A DNA stretch of 64,000 nucleotides from TPA_inf: Saccharomyces (GCA_000146045.2 BK006939.2:416001-480000), one strand, 5' to 3'. Shown: positions 12,101-22,773, counted from the stretch's first letter. Numbers and translations: made by a program. Notes: generated from the sequence alone by a model not told the origin.

Positions 12101-14449
12101 TGCTCGAGTAGAGCGACCAGACTGTTCTGAAAGCCCCAGCTTTGAATTTTTCATGTCCTGAAAGGGAACCCTAAAGACCATACCTGTAGAAGAGCAAGTG
12201 GTGGATATCGGCCTTTTGTTCGAGGTGCCTGTTTCTTTCAGGCCAGTATCTCCAGTTGCATGTTGTTTTAACGTGTTTGACCGACTGTCCTCCTCATCCG
12301 CACAAAGTATCGGTTCTGAAGGAGATAGTTTATTATGCGAGATGGCTCGCTGCTTGGGTGACGATGTTGATGAAGTAAAGTCTACGCTATGTGGTTTCTT
12401 AAGACTTGTATTACTGTTCGATTTACTATTTCCGTTTTTAGAAAAGTATTTTTCTAGGGATCCGTTGGATGATTGACTAGAGTTACCAAACTTGGTAGTT
12501 TTTGAGGCTGTATGAGGTGAAAAACTTATGATATTAGAAGTGTCTCCATTAAACTCATAATTGAAAGATGTATTTGCATAGCCGTTTGATAATAGTGAAT
12601 CAAAATATCTCCCCCATCTTTTTCTCAATAAATATACTGGAACACCGATAGAATCACCATCAGCAGTGATAAATTCGAAATCAGATAAAGTCTTGCCGAA
12701 TATTTCTAGAGCATCTTTACCTAAAACCATAGCATATGGCGGAAATATAGAACTAGTTGATTCCATTTCTAATGGTACAGTTATATATCTGGAATAGTTC
12801 TCAAATTGTGAGGTCGCAGTCGAAGTCAAGCGGGGGATCCCTGAGTCGTCTAAGGAATATCCTTGAGTTACTGTGTATGGATTTGTGTGCTCAATCGTTG
12901 ATGAATTAGAGTATGGAAGATGATCATAAAGACTTAGATTTACGTTTAAGTTATGACTATTAGCGATGCCATTATTAGTGCGTGTGTGTTTGGTATTCAC
13001 TAATTTATTATAGCCGTTTAACATTGGTAAAGAGAATGATAAAATGTGATCGAATTTTTGAACGCTAGGTGAACAAAAATCATCTGTTCTGGTACCAAGT
13101 AATAAAGCTTGATGATGAGACTTCCAAATCAGAAGCTTCCAAAATCTATGCATACTAATACTGCACTCAGTACATGCTATGTTTACTCTTATCCATTTTC
13201 CACTAGCGATATTATAAATGAAACAATGAAGATTGGAAGGTTGGGGGTCTGGATAAAATCCTATTACAACAATGTTATAATTAAAGTAATTACCTGAGGG
13301 ATACTGCAAGTGAAAAGGTACTTGTAAAATAGAGTTTTCTTTGTTGTTTTGTGTAGGGTTTGATGTCATCCTAGCGCCCTGAGAGTTTCCAAGTAGTGGC
13401 AAAATTACGATAGGCGACATAAGTGTTTTTACTGCGTTTTCATCTGCATCATCGCTTTCAAAATACTTAAGATCGCCATGATGGTGATGGTGATGTTTTG
13501 GTAGTTTGGATTTGTCGTCTAGATCATGAGCGTAAGTAGAGAAACTACCATCGTCGGTTCCCCTTCTGGACGTGTTTGCCTCGCGTTGAGGGTAATATAA
13601 TGCCAATGTCGGAATTTCTGCCTGATTATTTTCAATCAGAACTGAGAAGTTGGAATCGTGAGATAAAGAAATTGGCATCCCATCAATATTAACCAGTATT
13701 TTTGACGACCCCTTTGAAGCTGGGTTTTCGTCCGATTTCGATTCTGACTCCCATAAACTTGTACGTAGGTTAAATATATCAATTTTTTTAACAGGAATAT
13801 CCATATTATCTAACCCACCTACAATGATTAGCTTCGTATCTTGATTTTCGTTATTTTCATTTAGGACGTGCATACTATGATTAAAACGTCTTGTAATTTG
13901 AGGGTTTTCACTTATCAAAGACCAGCACTTTGTTTTAAGATCTAATTTCCATAATTCGTTTGTTGCTATCAGCTCATAGCCGTTGTGAGGCGACACCATA
14001 AGCCCACCGAAAATGTAAATGTTGGATTCTGTGAAGCACATCGAATGAAACAATCTCTCTTTAAAGCTTAAGCCGTTATTCAACTCATTTTCTGATGTAG
14101 TATCTATTGTAGTATTTATTCTTTGCCATGTTCTGGAAATTAAATCAAGGAAAAATATCTCAGGGCTTATCCAATCAGCTAATGTTTTAAAATCAGCATT
14201 TCTATCCTTCTGTTTACCAAAATATAGAATTAGCTCCTTTTGCAGTTGTAATGAATTTATAATAGTCAGATTTAAAGGTAGTGTGAGCCCACCATGGACA
14301 AAAACACCTGAACGGGCTAGTTCTACTGCAGCTCCAGTTCTGCATTCCAAAGTGAGCTTCTTCCTTGTTGCTTCATCCAGATTGGGATTCGGTACAATAG
14401 GGAGGTTGAGCGGATAACAAACACTAGATGGTGGTTGTAATACGGTCAT
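9188..14449 (-). CDS. PMD1: Kelch-repeat negative regulator of early meiotic genes, 1753 aa
   Basis: A 1753-aa ORF starts with ATG (CAT at 14447-14449). It has N-terminal kelch-like repeats and long Ser/Asn-rich low-complexity regions. Size and position match YER132C. Confidence 0.9.
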   Translation of the reverse strand: MTVLQPPSSVCYPLNLPIVPNPNLDEATRKKLTLECRTGAAVELARSGVFVHGGLTLPLNLTIINSLQLQKELILYFGKQKDRNADFKTLADWISPEIFFLDLISRTWQRINTTIDTTSENELNNGLSFKERLFHSMCFTESNIYIFGGLMVSPHNGYELIATNELWKLDLKTKCWSLISENPQITRRFNHSMHVLNENNENQDTKLIIVGGLDNMDIPVKKIDIFNLRTSLWESESKSDENPASKGSSKILVNIDGMPISLSHDSNFSVLIENNQAEIPTLALYYPQREANTSRRGTDDGSFSTYAHDLDDKSKLPKHHHHHHGDLKYFESDDADENAVKTLMSPIVILPLLGNSQGARMTSNPTQNNKENSILQVPFHLQYPSGNYFNYNIVVIGFYPDPQPSNLHCFIYNIASGKWIRVNIACTECSISMHRFWKLLIWKSHHQALLLGTRTDDFCSPSVQKFDHILSFSLPMLNGYNKLVNTKHTRTNNGIANSHNLNVNLSLYDHLPYSNSSTIEHTNPYTVTQGYSLDDSGIPRLTSTATSQFENYSRYITVPLEMESTSSIFPPYAMVLGKDALEIFGKTLSDFEFITADGDSIGVPVYLLRKRWGRYFDSLLSNGYANTSFNYEFNGDTSNIISFSPHTASKTTKFGNSSQSSNGSLEKYFSKNGNSKSNSNTSLKKPHSVDFTSSTSSPKQRAISHNKLSPSEPILCADEEDSRSNTLKQHATGDTGLKETGTSNKRPISTTCSSTGMVFRVPFQDMKNSKLGLSEQSGRSTRASSVSPPPVYKKSTNDGNDSNCTLSNTPLVYRRASTVGTTTNSSVDDGFSSIRRASHPLQSYIIAKSSPSSISKASPAEKAFSRRKSSALRFIASPNQSRQTSFASTASTASVVSSTSGRRRNSNQISHLGSSASLPNSPILPVLNIPLPPQEKIPLEPLPPVPKAPSRRSSSLAEYVQFGRDSPVASRRSSHSTRKSSSSDARRISNSSLLRNTLDSQLLSNSYGSDIPYEASIQEYGMNNGRDEEEDGDNQDYGCISPSNIRPIFSTINAININGNFKEGEFFSSKSYINNEKSRRLSYISNPESVESTNSNNNAIIELEPLLTPRSLYMPWSTASVRAFAEFFYTAQINGKWLLAPVTLDLLIMAKIYEIPILYELITEVLYKIISKKEEGLSVTCEALLNLFQQKVSRYCNENEGKIRKQLDSSESYQDTLEIKRSLANIDNGYVDSYLLRNTSMAQSIHYTDDSNGETEIDMHHTGISSIGSLANRAVPTVFAGGPRDSHNSIGSIAFPSNSGVQNIRRSVSLFSPATKKKSSLSRETDPLDTSDQFTDDVPDSGPVSRQQNFPRRSSSFTETVPTEPTRYNYQNLDSSKSNRASDDKEEQNEQATLQDISNFDKYKVETLQKRNSNDGKDLDRTNDPLKNRGTEIPQNSSNLETDPFIRDSFDSDSGSSFRSDSDDLDSQLGILPFTKMNKKLQEQTSQEFDDSIDPLYKIGSSTPGSSRLHGSFSKYIRPNSQREDGSEYVNISSLENMVSPNALPPVDYVMKSIYRTSVLVNDSNLMTRTKEAIELSKVLKKLKKKVLQDISQMDDEMRETGKPIFARGSSSPTLSRQHSDVATPLKQQENTRPALKFASSSPISEGFRKSSIKFSQAPSTQISPRTSVTDFTASQQRRQHMNKRFSTQTTHSTSALFMNPAFMPSAVNTGRKESEGHCEDRSATANRTNRKEDATTNDNDNIAPFPFFGKRR

Positions 14450-15126
14450 TTTTAAAAACTTTATGCTTTCACCTAATTATAGAAACGCGTACTAATGTTT
14501 TTTGTTATTGAAGAAACTGGAAATGACTAAAGAATACTCAGGCAACGATGAGCATAGCCAAAAAAAAAAAAAAATTTGTTAAAAGTGATACTGGTAACTT
14601 TAATACAATATCCAAAGTTTATGATATCAAGTTGGAAACGGTGTCGATGTGGACTTTGTTAGAGGTTAATCTGTATTTGTGACTGGGCTCTGCCAAACTT
14701 ACTATCTTCTATTATCTAGGCTCAAGTAAGTAAGATGAAAAAAAGAAAAAGAAAAAAAAGCAGAAAAAAAGCAGAAAAAACAGTAAAGTGGGTGTGAGTG
14801 CACTGGAAAGCCTGTGTAATAAGTTTTTGATGTACTGTATTCCTTGCGAGTATTATCACAAAGCTCTACTGTGTTTGCACTGTGGGCGTATAGGGATATC
14901 GCGAGGGCAACGCAAAACTAGCAAGATACACATATTCCATACATTAAAGCGGTAATTTTTAGTAGTTAATTTCGAAATTTCAAACCCGGCAATGATACGC
15001 ACATTAAGAAAAGGGAAAAAAAAAAGAATAAATTGGCCATAGAAAAATTCTGTTATCCACTAGACAGAAGTTTGCGTTCCATACTGTCAGAGGTGGCATT
15101 TTACATAACAATAGTGACAAAAAATA

Positions 15127-15218
15127 AATTTCAGAAGGAAGGCAACATAAGTTTTTCTAATCCTAAAATCTTTCGATTTTGTATCAGAGATTGTTCACGC
15201 TAATGTCATTCATCATAG
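15127..15218 (-). ncRNA. SNR52: C/D-box snoRNA transcribed by Pol III
   Basis: The minus-strand RNA reads ACUAUGAUGAAUGACAUUAGCG...CUUCUGAAAU. It has a C box AUGAUGA, a D' box CUGA and a D box CUGA. A B-box-like GGCGTTCGAAAC sits in the leader just upstream (plus strand about 15245-15256). The position matches my recollection of snR52 between PMD1 and GLC7. Confidence 0.55.
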
Positions 15219-15507
15219 TAGATCATTTATCTTTCACTGCGGAGAAGTTTCGAACGCCGAAACATGCGCACCAACTTTCACTTCTACAGCGTTTGACCAA
15301 AATCTTTTGAACAGAACATTGTAGGGTGTGAAAAAATGCGCACCTTTACCGCTAGCCCAAGAGGGCACTACAAAATCTAGAGTTGTACTTCAAACGTACA
15401 TGTAATCACCTTGTATATACTCGAAAGAAAACATCAAGTTTCTGTATAAATATGAGTGAAAGCATAATCATACATTATCTTTTCAAAGATGAAGAGTGGG
15501 TGAATTT

Positions 15508-15822
15508 TGAGATAATTGTTGGGATTCCATTTTTAATAAGGCAATAATATTAGGTATGTAGAAAGTACTAGAAGTTCTCCTCGAGGATTTAGGAATCCAT
15601 AAAAGGGAATCTGCAATTCTACACAATTCTATAAATATTATTATCATCATTTTATATGTTAATATTCATTGATCCTATTACATTATCAATCCTTGCGTTT
15701 CAGCTTCCACTAATTTAGATGACTATTTCTCATCATTTGCGTCATCTTCTAACACCGTATATGATAATATACTAGTAACGTAAATACTAGTTAGTAGATG
15801 ATAGTTGATTTTTACTCCAACA
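15508..15822 (-). repeat. Solo Ty1/Ty2 delta LTR
   Basis: It begins TGAGATAATTGTTGGGATTCC and ends ...GATTTTTACTCCAACA. It is about 315 bp with no matching 5-bp target duplication. It lies about 290 bp upstream of the snR52 Pol III unit. Confidence 0.85.
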
Positions 15823-16494
15823 AAAGAATTACAGTCAGTGGCTGTTTGCTGACATTTCATTGCTTCCCTTACAACCTGATTTCCATTCGAGTTGAAAGGT
15901 TGAGAAAAATTGCAAGACTTCTCTCTCATCTACCTTCCCCTTTTCTTGAAGACAAGGTGAGAGACAATTTAGTACTAAAGCTTTTGCGGTTGTTATTCAA
16001 TTGAGGTAGATACCTGGCAAAACATTTCTTGTGAGCACAACCTCAATTAAAGTTAGACAAGTAGGTGCACTATTGGTTGCTTGTTGGCTCATCTCGTTGA
16101 GGAATGTAATAACTACTTGTTATTAACCTGTTTTTGTGCCATCTATAGTGGAGAGCTTATTGCAATTTGTTTTTTATTTCTTGACTGCATATATCAGTCT
16201 TTGACAGGCTGCATGGGGATGACAGTTAGAAACTAGCCAAATTACCCCTTATGTAGATAACAATCATTGCTTATTCGCTCTTCCCCCATTTTTTTTCTTG
16301 CTCTTGCTGTTTTTTCTTTTAGCGTTCGTTTCAAGGAACAAGAGAGGGAAAAAAAAATCAAAAGTAGAAAAGAAGAAGAAAAAAACAACGTAACACAAGT
16401 TAACACCACAACTGAAAAAAAAAATAAGAGGTGAACGAACGAGTAACTGGGGAGAGGAAAGCAGATTACCACAATATACATTCAAATTAAAGAA

Positions 16495-16671
16495 ATGGAC
16501 TCACAACCAGTTGACGTTGATAATATCATCGATAGATTATTGGAAGTAAGAGGATCTAAACCTGGTCAACAAGTTGATCTAGAAGAAAATGAAATCAGAT
16601 ACTTATGTTCGAAAGCCAGATCTATATTCATAAAGCAACCCATTTTACTAGAGTTAGAAGCCCCAATTAAA
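16495..16671 (+). CDS. GLC7: Protein phosphatase 1 catalytic subunit, exon 1 (59 codons)
   Basis: The translation [59 protein letters not shown] is followed directly by a GTATGT 5' splice site at 16672. Confidence 0.95.
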
Positions 16672-17196
16672 GTATGTTAATGTTGAACTTCGCAGTCAAG
16701 AGATAGAATGCCTAGAGCTTCAGGTGTTTTATGTGTTCTACTCCTGTTGCGGCAGTAAGATAGTTACAGCAGTTATTTCCGTTTGACTGAAAGAATTTAC
16801 CAAGCATCTGATGTTAGCCTACTCATATGTCGAGATAGCCGAGATAATGTGTGTGTTTAGCTCTTCATTTTTCTATCTTATTAGGCATTTTTTTACCAAG
16901 ATTTCCTTATGTTTTGTATCATCATCCGGCCGGCGCCTCCCATATTCAGAAAAATCCCCCTTGCTCACACTAAAAAAAGAAGGCATTTTTTCGTTATGAA
17001 GAAAACGAATCTTTTTTTTTTTTGAGCCCGAGAGAAAGGTCGGACGAAAACCAAGAAATGTGGATTTGCAGAAGGCATTGGGAGAAATGAAGCGTTTTTG
17101 ACAGCAGTAATTGTTCTCTTAAAGTCAACGGAATGAGCTAGATTTAGTGACAAATTCATTTACTAACTTATTTTTTTCTATTTTTTTTTTTTTTAG
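16672..17196 (+). other. GLC7: GLC7 spliceosomal intron, 525 nt
   Basis: The intron has GTATGT at 16672, a TACTAAC branch point at 17161-17167, a poly-T tract and a TTTTAG 3' splice site ending at 17196. Splicing joins ...APIK to [20 protein letters not shown], the conserved PP1 sequence. Confidence 0.95.
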
Positions 17197-17958
<762 letters not shown>

Positions 17959-18540
17959 ATAGATTCACGTCCTAAATCAAAGTTTAAAAAGGAAAATACT
18001 TATTAACAAGAAGAGTAGTAGAAGAAAAATACAAGAAACATAAACGTAGAAAACTTTTAGTCAATTCTTTAAGCGAAGAATACGAAAGAAACATCAAGAA
18101 AACAAAGGAAGATGCAATCATCACTCGTCATATACACAAATAATTCCCTTTAGTGCAACAAACCGCGAAAAAGCATAAGAAACATAAAAAAAATATAAAA
18201 AAAAGGAGATAATAATAAGATGTGAAGGATTTGAATTAGTGGAAAAATGATAAGTCTACACTATTATTATTAACGAAATGCAATTTTTCTTTATTTTCTT
18301 TTATTACTATTATCATTACTATTATTATTAGTATTATTATTTTTTTACTTATTTTTATATTAAACTATGTTAAATTACTATATTATTATTTTGTCTAACT
18401 CTATATTGAGGCTGTCTTTCGTTGCACTGTTAAGAATGGTCACGTCTTCCTTTGGCTTTGAACCCTTTTATAAACAAGTTGGCCAAATCATTTAGTCAAT
18501 CACGTCAACCTGTCTAAAATAAGACAGGTAAAAAAGAAAA

Positions 18541-18612
18541 TGCCATCTCCTAGAATCGAACCAGGGTTTCATCGGCCACAACGATGTGTACTAACCACTA
18601 TACTAAGATGGC
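18541..18612 (-). tRNA. tH(GUG)E2: tRNA-His (anticodon GUG)
   Basis: The minus strand reads GCCATCTTAGTATAGTGGTTAGTACACATCGTTGTGGCCGATGAAACCCTGGTTCGATTCTAGGAGATGGCA. It forms a cloverleaf with a GTG anticodon and contains A and B boxes. Confidence 0.9.
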
Positions 18613-18630
18613 GACTTTTCAATGGAGAAC

Positions 18631-18971
18631 TGTTGTATTACGGGCTCGAGTAATACCGGAGTGTCTTGACAATCCTAATATAAACAGTCTTAGGGAAGTA
18701 ACCAGTTGTCAAAACAGTTTATCAGATTAATTCACGGAATGTTACTTATCTTATATATTATATAAAATATGAATCATACTAAGTGGTGGAAGCGCGGAAT
18801 CTCGGATCTAAACTAATTGTTCAGGCATTTATACTTTTGGGTAGTTCAGCTAGGGAAGGCCGGGTTTTATCTCATGTTGTTCGTTTTGTTATAAGGTTGT
18901 TTCATATGTGTTTTATGAACGTTTAGGATGACGTATTGTCATACTGACGTATCTCATTTTGAGATACAACA
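18631..18971 (-). repeat. Ty3 sigma solo LTR (341 bp)
   Basis: It has the TGTTGTAT...ATACAACA termini and sigma consensus sequence throughout. A perfect 5-bp target duplication AGAAC flanks it (18626-18630 and 18972-18976). It lies 18 bp upstream of the tRNA-His 5' end, the classic Ty3 integration position. Confidence 0.9.
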
Positions 18972-19070
18972 AGAACCGTATCCTTATTTTGTACTTTTGT
19001 GTAAATATTTAATGAATTGTTTGAGCAATTACGAAATTGTTTGGAATCCAAAGGAATCTTCAGTAAATTT

Positions 19071-19128
19071 GTTGGAATAGAAATTAATTGGCTTCTATTA
19101 ATCAGTGCGTATGTTACTGGTATATTGG
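19071..19128 (+). repeat. 5' fragment of a delta-like LTR
   Basis: It begins TGTTGGAATAGAAATTAAT..., which is the 5' end of a delta in plus orientation, and is truncated after about 58 bp. Confidence 0.4.
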
Positions 19129-19135
19129 GAATGGG

Positions 19136-19466
19136 TGAACAATTTGAGACAGTTGTTGGATTCCATTGTTGTTAAAGGCTGCAATATTACGTAGAACGAA
19201 TATGCTGCAATTCTCCTCGAGAAAAAATAGGAATCTACAAAAGGCGAATCGATAGCTCTACATAATAATGTTACTTTATCTTCTTCCTTTTATACTTTGT
19301 CATTCTTTTTCTTATTACGTTATCAGTTCTTGCATTTCAGGTGCTATTATATTTGGTGACTATTTCTCAATCTCTATGACATCTTCTTATACCGTACGTG
19401 ATAATATAATAGTGATATGAATACCAGTCGATAGACGATAGTTAGTTGGGTTTTATTTAACAAATA
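19136..19466 (-). repeat. Diverged solo LTR of the delta/Ty1-Ty2 family (older subfamily)
   Basis: It runs GGGTGAACAATTTGAGACAGTTGTTGGATTCC...CTCGAGAAAAAATAGGAATC...GTGACTATTTCTCAATCTC...AGTTAGTTGGGTTTTATTTAACA. It aligns with delta in minus orientation at about 80-90% identity and is about 90% identical to the inverted copy at 26734. Confidence 0.6.
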
Positions 19467-19750
19467 GGTTCCCGAGAAAAAGTTCTAATATTTTCTATTT
19501 ACCCAATAGTACTACCCCATCAAATAATAGAATCATAGTAATTATCAGTAACAAAATATACAGCCCTCATCAGCAATGTAGTCTCAACAACTGCCCCCAG
19601 AATTCACCGCTTTTCTTCGATCGTCAATATGGAAGTGAGGAAACTCGGGCTCACTTAAAACGAACTGCATGTTTTAAAATCATTATCCATGCAAGTGTGG
19701 CATAAAAGCCGTAGTTAGATATATCTCAAACGCGCAAAAAGTTAAAAAGA

Positions 19751-19823
19751 AAGCCCTGTAGGGGGCTCGAACCCCTAACCTTATGATTAAGAGTCATACG
19801 CGCTACCGATTGCGCCAACAAGG
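19751..19823 (-). tRNA. tK(CUU)E2: tRNA-Lys (anticodon CUU)
   Basis: The minus strand reads GCCTTGTTGGCGCAATCGGTAGCGCGTATGACTCTTAATCATAAGGTTAGGGGTTCGAGCCCCCTACAGGGCT. The anticodon is CTT and the cloverleaf is standard. Confidence 0.9.
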
Positions 19824-19945
19824 CTCTTATTGTTGTTTTTCTGATTCTTATGGAGGGATTAGAGAGCAAAGTAAAGTACTTATATGTAATTTAACATTCG
19901 ATGAACCGCGGATAATTAGTAATATGAAATGGGTGATGTTCATAA

Positions 19946-20277
19946 TGTAGAGAATGTGGATTTTGATGTAATTGTTGGGATTCCATTGTGATTAAGGCTA
20001 TAATATTAGGTATGTAGATATACTAGAAGTTCTCCTCCAGGATTTAGGAATCCATAAAAGGGAATCTGCAATTCTACACAATTCTATAAATATTATTATC
20101 ATCGTTTTATATGTTAATATTCATTGATCCTATTACATTATCAATCCTTGCGTTTCAGCTTCCATTGAAAACGATGACTATTTCTCATCATTTGCGTCAT
20201 CTTCTAACACCGTATATGATAATATACTAGTAACGTAAATACTAGTTAGTAGATGATAGTTGATTTTTATTCCAACA
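19946..20277 (-). repeat. Solo delta LTR (about 332 bp)
   Basis: It begins TGTAGAGAATGTGGATTTTGATGTAATTGTTGGGATTCC and ends ...GATTTTTATTCCAACA. It is nearly identical to the delta at 15508 and lies about 120 bp upstream of the tRNA-Lys 5' end. Confidence 0.85.
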
Positions 20278-20605
20278 CATAATTAGAATTTAAAAGGCAG
20301 TATTGGTGAAGATTGAACATTAATTTTCTTATGCTTATATAATAGAGGTATGAACACACGCATATAGGATCATTATATAGTTATGGCTAGTATTATCATG
20401 GCTCTGGTAATTTCATACATTTGATGTCGTCACGACTCATATTATTTGCTCATATATATAACTTCCTCATATATATAACTTCCTCATCAAGTTCAATTAA
20501 TAGATCTTTAGTTCAAATTCAGAACATTCTGAATTTGTCGTTTAACATTTCCTTCTGCAAGAGTACATTCACACTGGAACGTATACGAGGTGTAAATTGG
20601 TATAC

Positions 20606-20790
20606 TGTTGGAATAAAAACCAACTATCGTCTATCAAGCGAGGCGCTGAAATCCTACTATTCGCTCGAAAGACCGCTGAACGCAGGAGATTCTTTTTTGA
20701 TCTTGAATATCATTTGAGTATTTTTGTTCTACATTCTAGTTTTAGGAAAATCATCAATCTATGGCAGGAATCAATAGTGTTGGAATAAGA
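20606..20790 (+). repeat. Fragment of a tau/delta-like LTR
   Basis: It begins TGTTGGAATAAAAACCAACTATCGTCTATCAAGCG... and a second TGTTGGAATAAGAAATG follows at about 20776. It is truncated. Confidence 0.35.
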
Positions 20791-21266
20791 AATGCATATT
20801 TGCCTGCGAAAAAAAGTTATTCTTTTTTTTTGGTTAACGTAGTTAAACTACTCTGTTAAAAATAATGGGTTAAGGTTCATGTTCGTCACATAATGTTTCG
20901 TACACTTAAAATTCAAACGCTATCAGTAGCATTACAACGTGTATGAAGATCATTGGAGAAAAGCAGATGGTTAAGAGCTTCTTGCACTGAAATTTGAAAA
21001 TATTTGTCTGAACTTAGTAGTGAAAAGTGGTGAATGAACCAGGTTTTTATACATAGATATATGGTTAAGTTATGAAAACTCTTTTTGGAAGAACAAATTA
21101 GTACAAAGGCTGAGGCGGATTGGTTAAAGTTTTTAAATTAAAAGTGAGCTTCTATTTTGATAAATCACAAATATATAATTTTTAACAGTGATGTATCATC
21201 TTCCCATAAATGTAATGACTTCTTCTTATGCTCAGATGATGCTCTGTGAACTAAGTGCGCAGTCCT

Positions 21267-21803
21267 TCAAACCTTTCCACTCAGGTAATCTTGATAAAGT
21301 TTCCAAGATGGTCCATTCTCTGGGTCTCTTACATAAACAAACTTCACTCCGTATTTCTCCACTTCTTTGTTTCTACTTTCATCATCAAATAAACAAATCT
21401 TTTTCGATTTTAAATCGCTGGTATTATAAAGATCTTTCAAACCGTCCCTTAAATGGCCAATTTTACTTCTTTCTCCCCACTGAAATTCATCGAACAGGTT
21501 GGCCAACGGGGTTACGACACCAGCATACTTGACCTTGAATATTTTCAGTATTTCCTGGGCAATCTCAGGTGCCCACGTTCGTGACGCGGTCATTAACTTA
21601 ACTCCATTATCTTTAAGATCACCTAGTATACGTGGGATATCTTTGTAGATTGTGAGCTCGTAACCATCTCTACATATAATTGTGAGAACTTCGCCATTAC
21701 TACTTTTAACTGGCTTAAAGGGACCGTGCAAATGGGTATCACAATAGCAGGGCCAAATGGTGTAGTCCAAATCGAAGGCGGCCACGTCAGGGTATCCAGT
21801 CAT
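21267..21803 (-). CDS. YER134C: Mg-dependent acid phosphatase of the HAD superfamily, 178 aa
   Basis: The first ATG (CAT at 21801-21803) gives [19 protein letters not shown]..., which carries the HAD motif I sequence DLDYT and totals 178 aa. The track start at 21845 is a TTG. Confidence 0.8.
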
Positions 21804-21951
21804 AATAAACGCGTTGAGACTATTTTGGAGCAGGATTTGTAACAAAATTGTTCTCTTTGTAAGTTTAAGGACAAAAATGCTTGTTTCTCGAGAAGGTCTC
21901 CTTTTCGGCAGGTCCTTCTTCTAGTGCGTGAAAAATATTCTACTCAATCCC

Positions 21952-22344
21952 TTAGTATTCTTTGTAAACAATACACTTTAAAGAAATATGAATGCTTATC
22001 TGCTTTTCAACAATCATTTTAGAGTTCTTATTCACTGAGGTGCGAATGGGTACGAAATTTGTTTCAGGAGAATTTAGCTTGTTGCACACAAATTTCTGCC
22101 ATTTATATCTGCAAGATCTGTTTCCCTCTTTCCAACTAGCGAGGCATATTAGAAAAAGAGTGAATAGTAACTTGTGTAAGTTTTGATGTAACGGTAGTAT
22201 AGAGTACCTATAATATTCGCCGATTATATTCTCAAAACTTGTAAATAACGCCATGTCACCGTATGGAGAAAGTGCTAACCAAATTGTAATATCGACCAAG
22301 ACCTTTTTCTGTGAATTATGTAAGTTTCTTAAAGTCCATGTCAT
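21952..22344 (-). CDS. YER135C: Dubious 130-aa ORF with no recognisable domain
   Basis: The ORF starts with ATG but lies in an AT-rich intergenic region. The only support is that it corresponds by position to a listed dubious ORF. Confidence 0.25.
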
Positions 22345-22499
22345 GCTTGAAAGATTTTAATCAACCTTGCATTTGTGGTCGTTAAACTCAAAGGGGATAT
22401 TCAAACGACAATCGACAACTAACTTCGAATAAACTAAGATTCACTTTATTGGGATATAATCAATTACCCTTCATTAAGTGGTGTATATGTTCCTGACGT

Positions 22500-22640
22500 A
22501 TTGTCATTTTCGGGATAAGAGGTTTGATGACTATTTCTCGATTTTCATGTCATCCTCTTTACACCGTACGTGATAATACACTAATTACACGATATAACTG
22601 AGCAATGATATTTTAGAGCTTCATCTCCACAATTTCATGT
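22500..22640 (-). repeat. Fragment of a diverged delta-type LTR
   Basis: The sequence GATGACTATTTCTCGATTTTCATGTCATCCTCTTTACACCGTACGTGATAATACACTAATTA matches the 3' portion of the diverged LTR at 19136. It lies about 80 bp upstream of tRNA-Val. Confidence 0.4.
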
Positions 22641-22699
22641 GTAAATCTTAAGAATTGTAGATATATTCTATTTTTTAATGAAACTTTTTCAACAAATTA

Positions 22700-22773
22700 G
22701 GTTTCGTGGTCTAGTCGGTTATGGCATCTGCTTAACACGCAGAACGTCCCCAGTTCGATCCTGGGCGAAATCA
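22700..22773 (+). tRNA. tV(AAC)E1: tRNA-Val (anticodon AAC)
   Basis: It reads GGTTTCGTGGTCTAGTCGGTTATGGCATCTGCTTAACACGCAGAACGTCCCCAGTTCGATCCTGGGCGAAATCA with an AAC anticodon. It is followed by a T-run terminator. Confidence 0.95.

Noticed and set aside
9468-12476. Multiple 60-106-aa ORFs antisense to PMD1, and similar antisense ORFs inside SAK1, COM2, Ty1, UBP3 and BEM2
   Set aside because: They are embedded in the opposite strand of long, well-supported CDSs, have no motifs, and have lengths expected by chance in these compositions.
21952-22344. A 130-aa ORF that could be an extra gene between YER134C and tV(AAC)
   Set aside because: It has no domain, is AT-rich and has low complexity. 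It corresponds to a listed dubious ORF (YER135C), so I kept it at low confidence rather than as a real gene.
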